Positions 48,270 to 60,230 are shown, numbered from the stretch's first letter. The stretch: 63,902 nucleotides of DNA from Candidatus Humimicrobiaceae bacterium (GCA_036514895.1 DATBWH010000075.1:1-63902), one strand, 5' to 3'. Numbers and translations are program-made. Notes: generated by a model from the letters alone, not told the origin.

Positions 48270-50141
48270 TTACCGGTGAATACTTTTGTATATTTTGTCT
48301 GCATCTTTATAATTTAATCCTTTTATTTTCGTCAGGTCTTCTATTGTTTTTTTTCTCAGATCCTCTATCGAGCTTATATTTTCATAGATATATTTCTTTT
48401 TTTTCTCTCCTATCCCTTTTATCCCATCCAGTATGGAACCGGTCATATTCTTATCCCTTAGTCTCCTGTGGAAGTTCACGGCAAACCGGTGTGCTTCATC
48501 TCTTGCTTTAATGAGGATCCTTGCATATCTATCGTGCAAATCAAGTTTCAATCCATCGGGATACTTATCACAGAATACTGCTTCTTCCTTTTTTGCAATA
48601 CTAATAATATCGATACCATCTATATTTTTTTCGGATAATAATCTCTTTATTGTATTATACTGTGCTTTTCCGCCATCTATTATTATTAAATCAGGTTTTA
48701 TATAGAAACTGTTTCCTTTTTTTATTTTCCCGTTCTCAAAATATTTAAGTCTTCTTGTAACTACTTCGTTTATCATCCTGCAATCATCCTGACCCTTTAT
48801 GCTTTTTATCTTAAAATGTCTGTAATCATTGGTCAACATCATACCATCCAGAGAAACAGACATGGATCCGACTGGAAATGATTTTTTTAGATTTGAAATA
48901 TCAAAACATTCTATTCTCCTTGGAAGATTGGTTAATCTAAAAATCTCTTTTAATTTTAGTAAATCTCTATAAATACTGCCCAGCCCGGTGTCCTTTTCAA
49001 ACTTTTTTTTCTCAAGATATAATTTTGAATTTCTGATAACCAACTCCATTATTTTTTTCTTTTCGCCTATTTTAGGAACTATAATATCGATTTTTTTATT
49101 TTTCTTTTTACTCAACCAATCTGATATGAATACAGCATTTGCTGTATTCATAGGACAAAAAATCTTCGATGGAATATCATCAATGTCTGCATAATATTTT
49201 TCTATGAATCCCGATAGAATTTCTTCATCTTCCAGATGCCCGGTATTATTTACGATAAAATTATTGATTATCGCAAGCATCCCGGATCTATATGTAAATA
49301 AACTTATTGCCGAATCATCGGCATTCCTGGCTGTAGATATAAAATCCCATTTACTGCCGCCTGGAAAGAATATTTTTTGTTCCCTGTAAAGTTTATTTAT
49401 ATCTTCGATCTTATTCTTATATTCGGCCGCTTTTTCAAATTCCTTTTTCTTTGAATACTGATCCATTTTTACTTTCAATTTTTCTATTATGGTCCTGTCC
49501 TTACCCTTCAGGAATAAAATTACAAAATCGATATTTTTCCGGTACAGCTCGGGGGAGATATTTTCGACACATGGTGCCGGACAGAGTTTGATATGGTAAT
49601 TAAGACATGGTATATTCATACCTTTTCCCGGACTTGTTTTCTTGCAGTCCCTTACCTGAAATATTTTTCTTAAATATTCAAGAGTTTTCCTTACGGCTCT
49701 GGCATCGGTATAGGGGCCGAAATACCTTGCATCTCTCATGTTCCTGTCTCGTGTTAAAAAAACACGTGGAAATTTTTCTCCGATTGTCACGGCAACAAAT
49801 GGATAAGACTTATCATCCTTTAGATCTATATTGTATTTTGGTTTATTTTTTTTAATTAGATTGCCTTCCAGGATGAGTGCTTCCGTTTCATTATCGGTGA
49901 CAATATAATCGATAGATTTGATTTTTTTGACAAAATCCAGTGGTTTGGCATAAGGAAAGTAACTGCTGTTATCCTGAAAATAACTCTTTACCCTGTTTAA
50001 AAGATTTTTTGCTTTACCGATATAAATAATTTCATCAAGATGATCTTTAAAAATATAAACACCGGATTTTTTTGGTAGGATCTTCAGGATTTCTTTTGTT
50101 TTATTCTCCTGTTTACTATCGTCGATTATTTTTTTATTCAC
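48270..50141 (-). CDS. uvrC: Excinuclease ABC subunit C
   Basis: 623 aa. It has the GIY-YIG N-terminus (GVYIFKD...IIYIGKAKNL), the UvrBC domain, the RNase-H-like endonuclease domain and C-terminal HhH. Confidence 0.95.
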   Translation of the reverse strand: MNKKIIDDSKQENKTKEILKILPKKSGVYIFKDHLDEIIYIGKAKNLLNRVKSYFQDNSSYFPYAKPLDFVKKIKSIDYIVTDNETEALILEGNLIKKNKPKYNIDLKDDKSYPFVAVTIGEKFPRVFLTRDRNMRDARYFGPYTDARAVRKTLEYLRKIFQVRDCKKTSPGKGMNIPCLNYHIKLCPAPCVENISPELYRKNIDFVILFLKGKDRTIIEKLKVKMDQYSKKKEFEKAAEYKNKIEDINKLYREQKIFFPGGSKWDFISTARNADDSAISLFTYRSGMLAIINNFIVNNTGHLEDEEILSGFIEKYYADIDDIPSKIFCPMNTANAVFISDWLSKKKNKKIDIIVPKIGEKKKIMELVIRNSKLYLEKKKFEKDTGLGSIYRDLLKLKEIFRLTNLPRRIECFDISNLKKSFPVGSMSVSLDGMMLTNDYRHFKIKSIKGQDDCRMINEVVTRRLKYFENGKIKKGNSFYIKPDLIIIDGGKAQYNTIKRLLSEKNIDGIDIISIAKKEEAVFCDKYPDGLKLDLHDRYARILIKARDEAHRFAVNFHRRLRDKNMTGSILDGIKGIGEKKKKYIYENISSIEDLRKKTIEDLTKIKGLNYKDADKIYKSIHR

Positions 50142-50148
50142 TGCAGCT

Positions 50149-53004
50149 TCACCTGTAAAGTTGTTCCTTTACGAGATTTATTTTCATATATCTCTTTAAA
50201 AACTTCCCTGTGTAAGAACCTGTATTTTCCGATATTTCCTCAGGAGTCCCCCGGGCAATTATTTCTCCGCCTTTATCTCCGCCTTCAGGACCAAGATCTA
50301 TGATGTAATCGGCGGTTTTTATGACTTCCAGATTATGTTCTATCACGAGTACGGTATTCCCTGCATCCACCAGTTTCTTCAATATCACGAGCAACTTATT
50401 TATATCGTCGAAGTGAAGTCCTGTTGTTGGTTCATCAAGCAGATATAACGTGCTGCCGGTACTTTTTTTCGAAAGTTCCGTAGACAGTTTGACCCGCTGT
50501 GCTTCTCCGCCTGATAATGTGGTTGAAGACTGACCTAATTTGATATAACCAAGACCCACATCATTTATAAGTTTCAGTTTTTTATTGATTTTCGGAATAT
50601 TTTCAAAAAAGATCATTGCTTCTTCAACGGTCATATTCAAAACATCATCTATATTTTTCCCTTTATATATTACTTCCAGAGTCTCGCGGTTAAATCTTTT
50701 CCCTTTACAAACCTCACAGGGAACATAAATATCCGGAAGAAAATGCATTTCTATTTTTATGAGTCCGTCTCCGTTGCAGAATTCACATCTTCCACCTTTT
50801 ACATTAAAACTAAATCTTCCCGGTTTATATCCTTTGACCCTGGATTCATGTGTTTTTGAGAACAATTCCCTTATATAAGTGAAAACACCCGTATAAGTAG
50901 CCGGATTCGATCGTGGTGTCCTTCCTATAGGAGACTGATCTATTACTATAACCTTATCCAGATTATTATAGTTTAATATCCCATCATGTTTTCCCGAATT
51001 ATACTTTGTCCTCATAAGCAGATTGGAAAGTGATGGATATAATATTTCATTTACAAGTGTACTTTTTCCTGACCCCGAAACCCCGGTTACCGCTACAAGT
51101 TTACCGAGATCTATCTGAACGTCTATATTCTTAAGATTATGTTCCCTGGCACCTTTAATGATAATATTGAGCCCGTTTCCTTTTCTCCGTTCCTCAGGGA
51201 CAGGTATCGATTTTTCCCCTGATAGATATTTTCCGGTTATGGATCCCTCGCATGTGTATATATCTTCAAGATTTCCGCTGAATACGATTTCCCCTCCATG
51301 TATTCCCGCACCTGGCCCGATATCTACTATAAAATCCGAACTCCTCATAGTTTCTTCATCGTGTTCTATTACTATTATGGTGTTGCCAAGGTCCCTCAAT
51401 CGTTTCAATGCGTTTATCAATTTCTTATTATCTCTTTGATGAAGACCGATACTGGGTTCATCAAGTATATAAAGGACCCCTACAAGCCCGGAACCTATCT
51501 GCGTTGCCAATCTTATCCTCTGAGATTCGCCGCCGGATAAACTACTGGACTTCCTGTCAAGGGTCAGATATCCAAGTCCGACGTCTTTTAAAAAATTCAG
51601 TCTCTCTATTATCTCTTTTATCAGTCTCTCGCCGATCATTTTTTCTCTATCGGTCAGTTTAAGCGACCTTAACCATTCTATACCTTCCTCGATAGTCTTT
51701 TCGCAGAAATCCGAAATGGAAAGCATGCCGATTTTCACTGCAAGGCTTTCCGGCCTGAGCCTTTTGCCATTGCATCCCCTGCATGGTTTGCTGCTAATCA
51801 TTTTTTCTATTCTTATCCTCTGGCTTTCGGATTCCGTTTCCAGATACCTTCTGCTTAAATTATTTGCAAGACCCTCAAATTTTATATAATAATGTCTTAA
51901 TCTGCCCTTATGGTTTATATAACTGACTTTTATCCTTCTTCCATCGGTGCCGTATAATATTGTTCTTCTTGCAAACTCGTCAAGATTTTTGAAAGGAGTA
52001 TTCAAGTCAAATCCATATTCTTCAGCCAGACTTTTCATCAGCTGTGAATAGTAATTTGAATATCCCATATTAAAGAAAGGAATGGCACCATCCATTATGC
52101 TTAGGTTCGGGTGTTCCACAATCAAATCGGGATCTACTTCTTTACTTATACCCAGCCCGCTGCATTCTTTGCATGCCCCATAGGGACTATTGAAAGAAAA
52201 CATCCGGGGAGTAAGCTCCTCAAAATCCAGACAGCAGTCCACACAGGAAAAATTTTCTGAGAAGCTATATATCTCTCCCGAATCCAGCAATTGAATATAG
52301 ACAATACCGCCGCTTTCCTTGAGCGATATTTCTATATCCTCCGAAAGTCTTTTTCTTATATCGGATTTTATTTTTAATCTATCTATAATTATTTCAATGT
52401 TATGTTTTATGTTTTTATCCAGCTTAAGCTCAAAATCATCTCCAAGTTCGTAAATATTGCCGTCTACCCTGACTCTTGCATAACCGTTATTTTTTATGTC
52501 TTCGAATGCTTTGATATATTCACCTTTTCTTCCTCTTACGATAGGTGCAAGGATTTGAAATTTAGTACCTTCCGGTAATTCCAGAACCCTGTCGACTATC
52601 TGATCCACTGTCTGCCTGGTTATGCGTTTCCCACATCTGTAGCAGTAAGGTATCCCAATTTGAGCATAGAGTACACGAAGATAATCGTATATTTCGGTTA
52701 TTGTTCCCACCGTGGATCTGGGATTCTTGGAAACACCCTTTTGATTTATGGAAACCGCAGGAGACAGGCCTTCTATCAAATCGACATCAGGTTTTTCCAT
52801 CTGCCCCAGGAACTGCCTTGCGTAAGAAGAAAGTGATTCCACATACCTTCTCTGCCCTTCGGCATATATAGTATCAAATGCCAGTGATGATTTTCCTGAC
52901 CCGCTTACACCTGTAAAAACTACGAATTTGTTTCTGGGAATCCTCAAATTTATATTTTTAAGGTTATGTTCCCTGGCACCTTTTATTACAATCTCTTCTT
53001 TCAT
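50149..53004 (-). CDS. uvrA: Excinuclease ABC subunit A
   Basis: 951 aa. It has two ABC modules (GVSGSGKSS and GVSGSGKST) with zinc-finger insertions. Confidence 0.97.
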   Translation of the reverse strand: MKEEIVIKGAREHNLKNINLRIPRNKFVVFTGVSGSGKSSLAFDTIYAEGQRRYVESLSSYARQFLGQMEKPDVDLIEGLSPAVSINQKGVSKNPRSTVGTITEIYDYLRVLYAQIGIPYCYRCGKRITRQTVDQIVDRVLELPEGTKFQILAPIVRGRKGEYIKAFEDIKNNGYARVRVDGNIYELGDDFELKLDKNIKHNIEIIIDRLKIKSDIRKRLSEDIEISLKESGGIVYIQLLDSGEIYSFSENFSCVDCCLDFEELTPRMFSFNSPYGACKECSGLGISKEVDPDLIVEHPNLSIMDGAIPFFNMGYSNYYSQLMKSLAEEYGFDLNTPFKNLDEFARRTILYGTDGRRIKVSYINHKGRLRHYYIKFEGLANNLSRRYLETESESQRIRIEKMISSKPCRGCNGKRLRPESLAVKIGMLSISDFCEKTIEEGIEWLRSLKLTDREKMIGERLIKEIIERLNFLKDVGLGYLTLDRKSSSLSGGESQRIRLATQIGSGLVGVLYILDEPSIGLHQRDNKKLINALKRLRDLGNTIIVIEHDEETMRSSDFIVDIGPGAGIHGGEIVFSGNLEDIYTCEGSITGKYLSGEKSIPVPEERRKGNGLNIIIKGAREHNLKNIDVQIDLGKLVAVTGVSGSGKSTLVNEILYPSLSNLLMRTKYNSGKHDGILNYNNLDKVIVIDQSPIGRTPRSNPATYTGVFTYIRELFSKTHESRVKGYKPGRFSFNVKGGRCEFCNGDGLIKIEMHFLPDIYVPCEVCKGKRFNRETLEVIYKGKNIDDVLNMTVEEAMIFFENIPKINKKLKLINDVGLGYIKLGQSSTTLSGGEAQRVKLSTELSKKSTGSTLYLLDEPTTGLHFDDINKLLVILKKLVDAGNTVLVIEHNLEVIKTADYIIDLGPEGGDKGGEIIARGTPEEISENTGSYTGKFLKRYMKINLVKEQLYR

Positions 53005-53009
53005 AAATA

Positions 53010-55040
53010 TTATCTTTTGACCTCTATATTTGTTATCTTTTTTATCCTTTTTATTTCATCTCTGATCATGGCAGCTTTCTCAAAGTTTAATTCCCTTGCC
53101 TCAAGATTCATCTCTTCCTCGAGACCACTTATAATCGTGGCAACTTTGGATGGTTCCATATCCAGTAATTTGTCTTCACCAAATAACTTTTTCTTTTCGC
53201 TGACTTTATGATCGGATATTGTTTCTTTTTTAGTTTTTATACCTCTGCTATATAATATGTCAGATATAGTTTTATTTATAGTTTTTGGCGTTATATTATG
53301 TTTTTTATTATATTCTATCTGCAGATCCCTTCTCCTGTTTGTCTCATATAAAGCATTTTTTATTGAATCAGTTATATCATCTGCATACATTATGACTTTT
53401 CCATTCACATTTCTTGCGGCTCTTCCTATTGTCTGAATAAGCGATATTTCCGATCTAAGAAATCCTTCTTTATCTGCATCCAGAATGGCCACCAGCGATA
53501 CCTCGGGGAGGTCTAGTCCCTCGCGGAGTAGATTTATACCGACCAGCACGTCGCATTCCCCCGTCCTTAAATATCTTAGTATTTCTATCCTCTCCAGGGT
53601 ATCTATAGTAGAATGCAAATATCTTACCTTTATCTTTTTACCTGCCAGATAGTCGGCCAGATCTTCGGCCATTCTTTTTGTAAGAGTAGTCACCAGAGCC
53701 CTTTCACCCCTGCTTACAACTTTCTTTATCTCATCCATCAGGTCATCTATTTGCCCTTTGGTTTTTCTTACATAGACCTGAGGATCGACAAGACCTGTGG
53801 GCCTGATTATCTGCTCGACAATCTGATTGCTCACTCTTCTCTCATATGGTCCGGGAGTAGCTGAAGTAAATATCATTCTTCTGACTTTAGCCTCGAATTC
53901 CTCAAATCTTAATGGCCTGTTATCCATCGCTGAGGGGAGTCTGAATCCATAATCAACAAGTGTTTGTTTCCTTGAATGATCGCCTTCATACATCCCTCTG
54001 ATCTGGGGAATGGCAATGTGCGATTCATCTATGATGACCAGAAAATCTTCAGGGAAAAAATCGAGCAGGGTATTTGGCGCCTCTCCCGGCTTTTTCCCGA
54101 GTATGTGCCTCGAATAATTCTCGATTCCACCGCAAAATCCCAATTCTGCTATCATTTCAATGTCATATCTGGTCCTTGATTCCAATCTCTGGGCCTCCAG
54201 CAGCTTATCCCTATCTTTGAAATATTTTATTCTTTCACTTAATTCTTCCTCTATTGTCCCAAGTGCTCTGTCTACCCATTCTGCTGTTGCCAGAAAATGT
54301 GTCGCAGGTGATATTATATAGACTTCCTGATCATTAAAGATTTCTCCGGATACAGGATCAAACTCAACTATTCTTTCCAATTCGTCTTCTAAAAGCTGGA
54401 CTCTTACGGCCCTATCCTGATATGCCGGAAATATTTCGATCGTATCCCCTTTCACCCTGAATTTACCATTTGTAAAATCATATTCATTTCTTTCATATCT
54501 TATATTGACCAGTTTATTTATTATTTCTTCCCTTGGAAATACTTCCCCGGACCTCAAAATAATTCTCTGTTTTCCATATTCGGAAGGTGAACCCAGACCA
54601 TATATACAGGAGACACTTGCAACCACTATGACATCGTTTCTAGTGTAAAGGGAGTTAGTGGTGGACAATCTTAACTTTTCTATTTCTTCATTTATCGAGG
54701 TATCCTTTTCTATATACATATCTTTACCAGGCAAATAAGCTTCCGGCTGGTAATAATCATAATAACTTACAAAAAATTCTACGGCATTATCAGGAAAAAA
54801 TTCTTTGAATTCATTACATAACTGAGCCGCGAGTGTTTTATTTGGAGCCAGGACCAGTGCCGGGATCTGAATATTTTCTATAACATTTGCTATAGAATAA
54901 GTCTTTCCGGAACCGGTGACTCCCAGCAGACTCTGAAATTTAAGATTATTTTTTAATCCTTCCGTTAACTGTCTTATCGCTTTACCCTGGTCGCCCTGGG
55001 GAGAATAATTTGATACTATTTTAAATTTCGAATCTGTCAT
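53010..55040 (-). CDS. uvrB: Excinuclease ABC subunit B
   Basis: 676 aa. It has the helicase motif [13 protein letters not shown], and the C-terminal UVR domain ([25 protein letters not shown]). Confidence 0.97.
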   Translation of the reverse strand: MTDSKFKIVSNYSPQGDQGKAIRQLTEGLKNNLKFQSLLGVTGSGKTYSIANVIENIQIPALVLAPNKTLAAQLCNEFKEFFPDNAVEFFVSYYDYYQPEAYLPGKDMYIEKDTSINEEIEKLRLSTTNSLYTRNDVIVVASVSCIYGLGSPSEYGKQRIILRSGEVFPREEIINKLVNIRYERNEYDFTNGKFRVKGDTIEIFPAYQDRAVRVQLLEDELERIVEFDPVSGEIFNDQEVYIISPATHFLATAEWVDRALGTIEEELSERIKYFKDRDKLLEAQRLESRTRYDIEMIAELGFCGGIENYSRHILGKKPGEAPNTLLDFFPEDFLVIIDESHIAIPQIRGMYEGDHSRKQTLVDYGFRLPSAMDNRPLRFEEFEAKVRRMIFTSATPGPYERRVSNQIVEQIIRPTGLVDPQVYVRKTKGQIDDLMDEIKKVVSRGERALVTTLTKRMAEDLADYLAGKKIKVRYLHSTIDTLERIEILRYLRTGECDVLVGINLLREGLDLPEVSLVAILDADKEGFLRSEISLIQTIGRAARNVNGKVIMYADDITDSIKNALYETNRRRDLQIEYNKKHNITPKTINKTISDILYSRGIKTKKETISDHKVSEKKKLFGEDKLLDMEPSKVATIISGLEEEMNLEARELNFEKAAMIRDEIKRIKKITNIEVKR

Positions 55041-55066
55041 ATTGATTTGTTTTTTTATTAATATAT

Positions 55067-55648
55067 TTAAATTTTTTTTATAATCTTTTCGACTTTCTCA
55101 AGCAAGTCTCTTTTGGAACCATCATTATCAATTACAAATACCACTTTTCCCTTTTGTATTTTTATATGCTGGCCTTTCATCCTTAATTTTATCCTGTCAT
55201 TCGAAAAACCTTTGTTCTTCAGGAAAGTCTCTCTCTTTTTAACGGAAGCTTCGACAAGAATTATATAATCGCAAAACAAGTTTAATTTACAATCAAAAAG
55301 CACCGCTGCGTCTATTATTATATAATCCTTGTCCTGGTTCTTATTTAAAATATTCTCAACTTTATTTCTGATCAACGGAAACATCAGACAATTTAATTTT
55401 TCTAAATCCTTTTTGCTCGAGAATACTCTCTCTGCCAGAGAATCAAAAATCAGTTTTCCATCCGCACAGAATATCTTTTTCCCAAAAATGACTTTAAGTT
55501 TATCCAGGACTTCAGGATTTTTTGAATAGATACTTTTTGCTAACTTATCGATATCCAGTATCAGGACATTTTTCTTTATTTTTTTTATAAAACCGGATAC
55601 TGTGCTTTTACCCGAACCAATCCTGCCCGTGATCCCTAGTACTATTAT
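55067..55648 (-). CDS. coaE: Dephospho-CoA kinase, with no canonical start codon (probable AUA or AUC start)
   Basis: The track ORF (105 aa) is only the C-terminal part. The same frame is open upstream to a TAA at 55663-55661. That stretch encodes (K E D) IIIVLGITGRIGSGKSTVSGF, which is the P-loop, without any in-frame ATG, GTG or TTG. AAGGAGG (GGAGG at 55658-55654) precedes ATC (55651), ATA (55648) and ATA (55645). Confidence 0.75.
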   Translation of the reverse strand: MIVLGITGRIGSGKSTVSGFIKKIKKNVLILDIDKLAKSIYSKNPEVLDKLKVIFGKKIFCADGKLIFDSLAERVFSSKKDLEKLNCLMFPLIRNKVENILNKNQDKDYIIIDAAVLFDCKLNLFCDYIILVEASVKKRETFLKNKGFSNDRIKLRMKGQHIKIQKGKVVFVIDNDGSKRDLLEKVEKIIKKI

Positions 55649-55797
55649 GATATCCTCCTTTTATTTTAATAAGTCAATTATATCTTACTTATTAAAGAGT
55701 GAAATCAAATATGAAAAGATAATTACAATCTATGGTTAAAACACTATGCAGTTCTGGCAGTTTTAAGTTATAAACTGGAATGTCAGGAAATAGAACT

Positions 55798-57138
55798 TCA
55801 GTCTATATTTGCTTCGTCTTTCAGTTCCTTGAGTATTTCTTTTATCTGTCTTTTTTTACTGGATTCCTTATCTTCTGGTTCTTTATCCTGGCTTTCTTCC
55901 ACTTCTTTGCCGGAGACTTCTTCTTTTCCTTCAGTTTTTTTTGGTTCTTTTTTTGAAGTTTCCTTTTTTACACTTTTTTTATCCGATTTTGAATCCTTGG
56001 CTTCCTTTTCTTCTTCTTTTTCTTCTACCGGATTCTCAACCTGTCTGACGCTAAAAGCCATCCTTCTTTTATCAAAATCTATATCAATGATCCTTATCAT
56101 TAACTCATCCCCGATTTTTGCAACATCACTGGGTCTTTTTACAGTTTCCGTGCTTAACTCAGATATATGTACAAGACCTTCCAGATCCCCTTCTACCTGT
56201 ACAAATAAACCGAATTTTACAATACGGGTTACTTTACCTTTTACGATATCTTTAATCGAATAATTTTTTATTTTCTCAAGCCATGGATCTTTCTGAGTTT
56301 GTTTCAGACCCAGGGACAGCCTTTGCTTTTCGTAGTCGATATCCAGTATCTCCACATCCACTTCCTGGTTGACGCTGACCACCTCGGAAGGGTGCTTTAC
56401 ATGGTTCCAGGAAAGTTCAGATATATGTACCAGACCGTCAACACCTTCGACATCCACAAATGCTCCGAATTCTGCAATACTTGTGATTATACCTTTCTTT
56501 ACCTGTCCTGCTTCCATTTTGTTAAGTATTTCTTTTCGCTGTTCTTTTCTTTCGCCCTCTATGATTGCTTTCCTGGACAGGACCACATTATTCCTGTTCC
56601 TGTCCACTTCTATGATCTTGCATGCGCACTTCTCACCAATATAAGATTCCAGATCTTTGGTTTTTCTTACATCTATCAAGGATGCAGGTAAAAATCCTCT
56701 CAATCCTATATCTACTATCAGGCCTCCTTTTACGCATTCGATGATCTCTCCTTCAACTGTATCACCGCTCTGGTATATCTTTTCTATCCTGTCAAAATTC
56801 TGCTCCACTTCGGCTCTTTTTTTGGACAATATCAACCTGCCATCCTGATCTTCCTTCTGAAGTACCATTATTTCTATCTCATCATCTACCTTTAGAATAT
56901 CTTCGGGCTTGATATCGCCCCTTATAGAAAGTTCGTTTATTGGTATGACTCCTTCGGATTTGAAACCTACGTCGACAAGAATCTCATCTTTGTCGATTTT
57001 TACCACTTTGCCTCTAATCACATCGCCATCGTTCAAATCGATCATGGTAAGGTCATAATTAGGAACCATCTTACCATCCTTATTCTCTATCATACAATTA
57101 TCATTCGTTAATTTTCCGTAAAAATTATTATCGGTCAT
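55798..57138 (-). CDS. rpsA: 30S ribosomal protein S1 (four S1 domains plus a Lys/Glu-rich C-terminal tail)
   Basis: 446 aa. There are four repeats of the G..v.G.V......G..V.vg pattern, followed by a low-complexity tail of about 85 aa. Confidence 0.9.
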   Translation of the reverse strand: MTDNNFYGKLTNDNCMIENKDGKMVPNYDLTMIDLNDGDVIRGKVVKIDKDEILVDVGFKSEGVIPINELSIRGDIKPEDILKVDDEIEIMVLQKEDQDGRLILSKKRAEVEQNFDRIEKIYQSGDTVEGEIIECVKGGLIVDIGLRGFLPASLIDVRKTKDLESYIGEKCACKIIEVDRNRNNVVLSRKAIIEGERKEQRKEILNKMEAGQVKKGIITSIAEFGAFVDVEGVDGLVHISELSWNHVKHPSEVVSVNQEVDVEILDIDYEKQRLSLGLKQTQKDPWLEKIKNYSIKDIVKGKVTRIVKFGLFVQVEGDLEGLVHISELSTETVKRPSDVAKIGDELMIRIIDIDFDKRRMAFSVRQVENPVEEKEEEKEAKDSKSDKKSVKKETSKKEPKKTEGKEEVSGKEVEESQDKEPEDKESSKKRQIKEILKELKDEANID

Positions 57139-57221
57139 AGTTTAATAAATCATTCTCCTTTTTTAATATTCGAAAAGGATAACATGCAAGAAAATAATAA
57201 TCAATATTATAAAATATTTTT

Positions 57222-59960
57222 TTAAATATACCAATTTTTGCCCGTTTTTATGTCTACTTTGAGTTTTACATTCAAATTCATGCAATTTTCCATCGATTCG
57301 ATCACCATCTGTCTGACTTTATCGAGATCTTTTTCTTTTAATTCCAGTACCAGTTCATCATGTACATGAAGTATGATATTACTGTCTATTCCGGCAGCCT
57401 TTATTCCATTAAAAAGTATTACCGTGGATAATTTCATTATATCGGCCGCGCTTCCCTGTATAGGAGTATTTATTGCAAATCTTTCCCCAAGACCCCTTAT
57501 CCGGACATTACTGCTTCCAAGTTCCTTGAGATATCTCTTTCTTCCAAAAATAGTGGTTGTATATCCCTTTTTATAAGCATCGTCTATCAAAAATTTCAAA
57601 TATTTTTTCACTCCCGAATAACGGGCAAAATATTTTTGGATATATTCTCTTGCTTCTTCCTCCGATATCGAAAGCCTGTTCATGAGTCCATATTCTGTCA
57701 TTCCGTATATTATTCCGAAATTTATGGTCTTGGCTTTTCTTCTCAGGTTTTCATCGACTTTATCATAACTTACTCCGAATATTTCCGATGCTGTGTGCGT
57801 ATGTATATCTTCTTCATGGTTAAATGAATCTACAAGGTTCTTATCGTTTGAAAGATGAGCAAGCACCCTTAACTCTATCTGGGAATAATCCGATGCCAGT
57901 ATCAGACCATAACCTTCTCCCGGTATGAAAGCTTTTCTTATCTGCCTCCCGTAATCGGTTCTTACCGGAATATTCTGCAGATTGGGATCACTGCTGCTTA
58001 TCCTTCCGGTAGATGTCCCCAGCTGATGATAAGTGGTATGGACTCTGGAGTCCCCTGGGTCGATCAAACAAGGTAAAACATCTATGTAAGTATTCTTTAA
58101 TTTGGTTTTTTCTCTAAAGTCCAGTATTTTCTCTATCACCGGAGAACTGTCATAAATAGCCTTAAGTGTCCCTGCATCAGTGGATAATCCCGTTTTGGTT
58201 TTTTTCGTAGCAGGGAGTTTCATCTTTTTATAAAGAACCTCGGATAATTGCTGGGAAGAATTTATATTAAACTCGCCGCCGCAAATATTGTGAATTTCTT
58301 TCCGGAGTCTTTCTATGTCCTTTTCATATTCCTTTATTAAACTACTTAAGTATTTTTTATCTATGTTGACACCCTTATATTCCATTTCGGCAAGTACCTT
58401 TATGAGAGGTTCCTCTATCTGCCAGTATAGTCTTTCCATATCTTCTTTTTTTAATTCTTCCAGAATCCTGACCTCTAAATTTTCATAAAGGCCCAGCTTT
58501 TTTAAAAGCGTTTCCAGTTTCTCCTTATCCATTCTTGTTTTCTGCTTTTCATCCATACACAGATCGAGTTTTAATTGTTTTTTCCTTTCTTTGCTTTTTA
58601 ATCCGCCTTCATCATCTTCCTTAAACTCACTATCTTTTATTTCTATATTCAAGAGATCTTTTAATATCTCATCCAGGGTAACGGTGGATCTGACAGGATT
58701 TAATATCAGGTATAGTATTTTGTAATCTACAAACTTTCCATCCAGAATAATCCCAAAACCTTTTAGGATCTTATATATTCTTTTAAAATCGAAACCGGAT
58801 TTTTTTATTTCTTTATTTTCCAGTACTTTTCTTAGATCCCCTTTTATTTCTTCCTTGACGAGCTCACCGCTCTTGATCAAAAATGTATCGCCTTCTCCGC
58901 AATGTAAGATAATTCCTTCGAATATATCTTCGGGACACCATTCGGCAATATATATACTTTCGCCGGCATTTTTACTCAGACATTCAAGATTTAAATTCAG
59001 AGTCAAGTGTTTAAAATCAGTCTCATCCAATGTCTTGCCGGTCACAGGGGTTTCTTCTTTGAAATCAATCTTATCTTTAAGACTTGTAAGTCTCTTTTCC
59101 ATGGATTTAAACTCAAGACTTTCAAATAACTGTTTGACTCTATCAAAACTGACATCCCTGAAACTGCTCTCAATGATATTTTCGATATCCATGTCACCTG
59201 GCATTTTTAATTGGGTAAGTTCCTTGCTTAGTAAGGCAATATCTTTATTTTCTACGAGCATTTCTTTTAGCCTTGGATTTGTTATTTTATCAATACTTGA
59301 ATAAATCTCTTCGATAGAACCATATTCTTTTATCAGTGACCTGGCTGTTTTTGGTCCGATTCCCGGAATACCCGGTATGTTATCGGAACTATCACCCATC
59401 AATGCCAGCAAATCTTTTACATTTTCCGGTTTGACTCCAAGTTTTTCCTCTACTTTAAATCTATCGATCAAAACGGTATCCGTAATACCTTTTTTGATGG
59501 CCATCACTCTTATATTGCCGGAAACCAGCTGCAGTATATCTTTATCGCCTGTGACTATTACAACTTCATCATATTGACTTTTGACCTTATCTGCTATATC
59601 GGCAAGTATGTCATCTGCTTCAAATCCTTCTTTTTCAAGACAGACAATATTGAAAGCATTTAGGACCTCTTTTATTAAAGGAAACTGTTCCGATAACCCC
59701 TCGGGCATTTTTTTTCTTTTTATTTTATACTGATCGAACATCTTGTGCCTGAATGTAGGGGACTTACTGTCGAAAGCGCATATAATGGTATCCGGAGACC
59801 CGTCCTCTATAAGCCTTAACAGCATATTTGTAAAACCAAGAACAGCATTGGTCATGGTACCCGATGAAGTGGCGATATTCTCGGGTATGGCAAAGAATGC
59901 CCTGTATGCAATATTATTTCCATCTATTAGAATGACTTTTCTCTTCTCTTTGCCTTTCAA
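57222..59960 (-). CDS. polA: DNA polymerase I
   Basis: 912 aa. It has the 5'-nuclease N-terminus (ILIDGNNIAYRAFFA), a central 3'-5' exo-like region, and pol motifs A (LILASDYSQIELRVLAH) and C (LHVHDELV). Confidence 0.97.
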   Translation of the reverse strand: MKGKEKRKVILIDGNNIAYRAFFAIPENIATSSGTMTNAVLGFTNMLLRLIEDGSPDTIICAFDSKSPTFRHKMFDQYKIKRKKMPEGLSEQFPLIKEVLNAFNIVCLEKEGFEADDILADIADKVKSQYDEVVIVTGDKDILQLVSGNIRVMAIKKGITDTVLIDRFKVEEKLGVKPENVKDLLALMGDSSDNIPGIPGIGPKTARSLIKEYGSIEEIYSSIDKITNPRLKEMLVENKDIALLSKELTQLKMPGDMDIENIIESSFRDVSFDRVKQLFESLEFKSMEKRLTSLKDKIDFKEETPVTGKTLDETDFKHLTLNLNLECLSKNAGESIYIAEWCPEDIFEGIILHCGEGDTFLIKSGELVKEEIKGDLRKVLENKEIKKSGFDFKRIYKILKGFGIILDGKFVDYKILYLILNPVRSTVTLDEILKDLLNIEIKDSEFKEDDEGGLKSKERKKQLKLDLCMDEKQKTRMDKEKLETLLKKLGLYENLEVRILEELKKEDMERLYWQIEEPLIKVLAEMEYKGVNIDKKYLSSLIKEYEKDIERLRKEIHNICGGEFNINSSQQLSEVLYKKMKLPATKKTKTGLSTDAGTLKAIYDSSPVIEKILDFREKTKLKNTYIDVLPCLIDPGDSRVHTTYHQLGTSTGRISSSDPNLQNIPVRTDYGRQIRKAFIPGEGYGLILASDYSQIELRVLAHLSNDKNLVDSFNHEEDIHTHTASEIFGVSYDKVDENLRRKAKTINFGIIYGMTEYGLMNRLSISEEEAREYIQKYFARYSGVKKYLKFLIDDAYKKGYTTTIFGRKRYLKELGSSNVRIRGLGERFAINTPIQGSAADIMKLSTVILFNGIKAAGIDSNIILHVHDELVLELKEKDLDKVRQMVIESMENCMNLNVKLKVDIKTGKNWYI

Positions 59961-60173
59961 TTGATTCCTTTGACTATTAAAAAATATTTATTAATTAAAA
60001 CTTTTTAACTTTTTTATTTCAAAAATTCGATATTTTTAAAAAATTAGTTCCAAAATATAATTTCGACTGATATCAATGTGTGTTTTTATATTATAACATT
60101 TAAGAAAAATAATTTTATAAGGGATAATACACCTGGAAGACCTATCAAACTGTAACATGAAACGCCTTAAGTG

Positions 60174-60224
60174 AAAAATAAAAAAGCGTCATCAAATTTC
60201 ATAGAAATTTAATAACGCTTCGTG
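60174..60224 (-). ncRNA. Candidate very short transcript: a hairpin plus U-tract directly behind a consensus promoter
   Basis: The minus strand reads AAGCGUUAUUAAAUUUCUAUGAAAUUUGAUGACGCUU (60220-60184). AAGCGU/ACGCUU form the outer stem and AAAUUUC/GAAAUUU the inner stem. It is followed by UUUUUAUUUUU. Confidence 0.25.
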
Positions 60225-60230
60225 ACTAAA

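Noticed and set aside
55798-56050. The Lys/Glu-rich tail of ribosomal protein S1, considered as a repeat element or a fused extra gene.
   Set aside because: It is continuous in frame with the fourth S1 domain. At the DNA level it is low-complexity rather than a defined tandem repeat.
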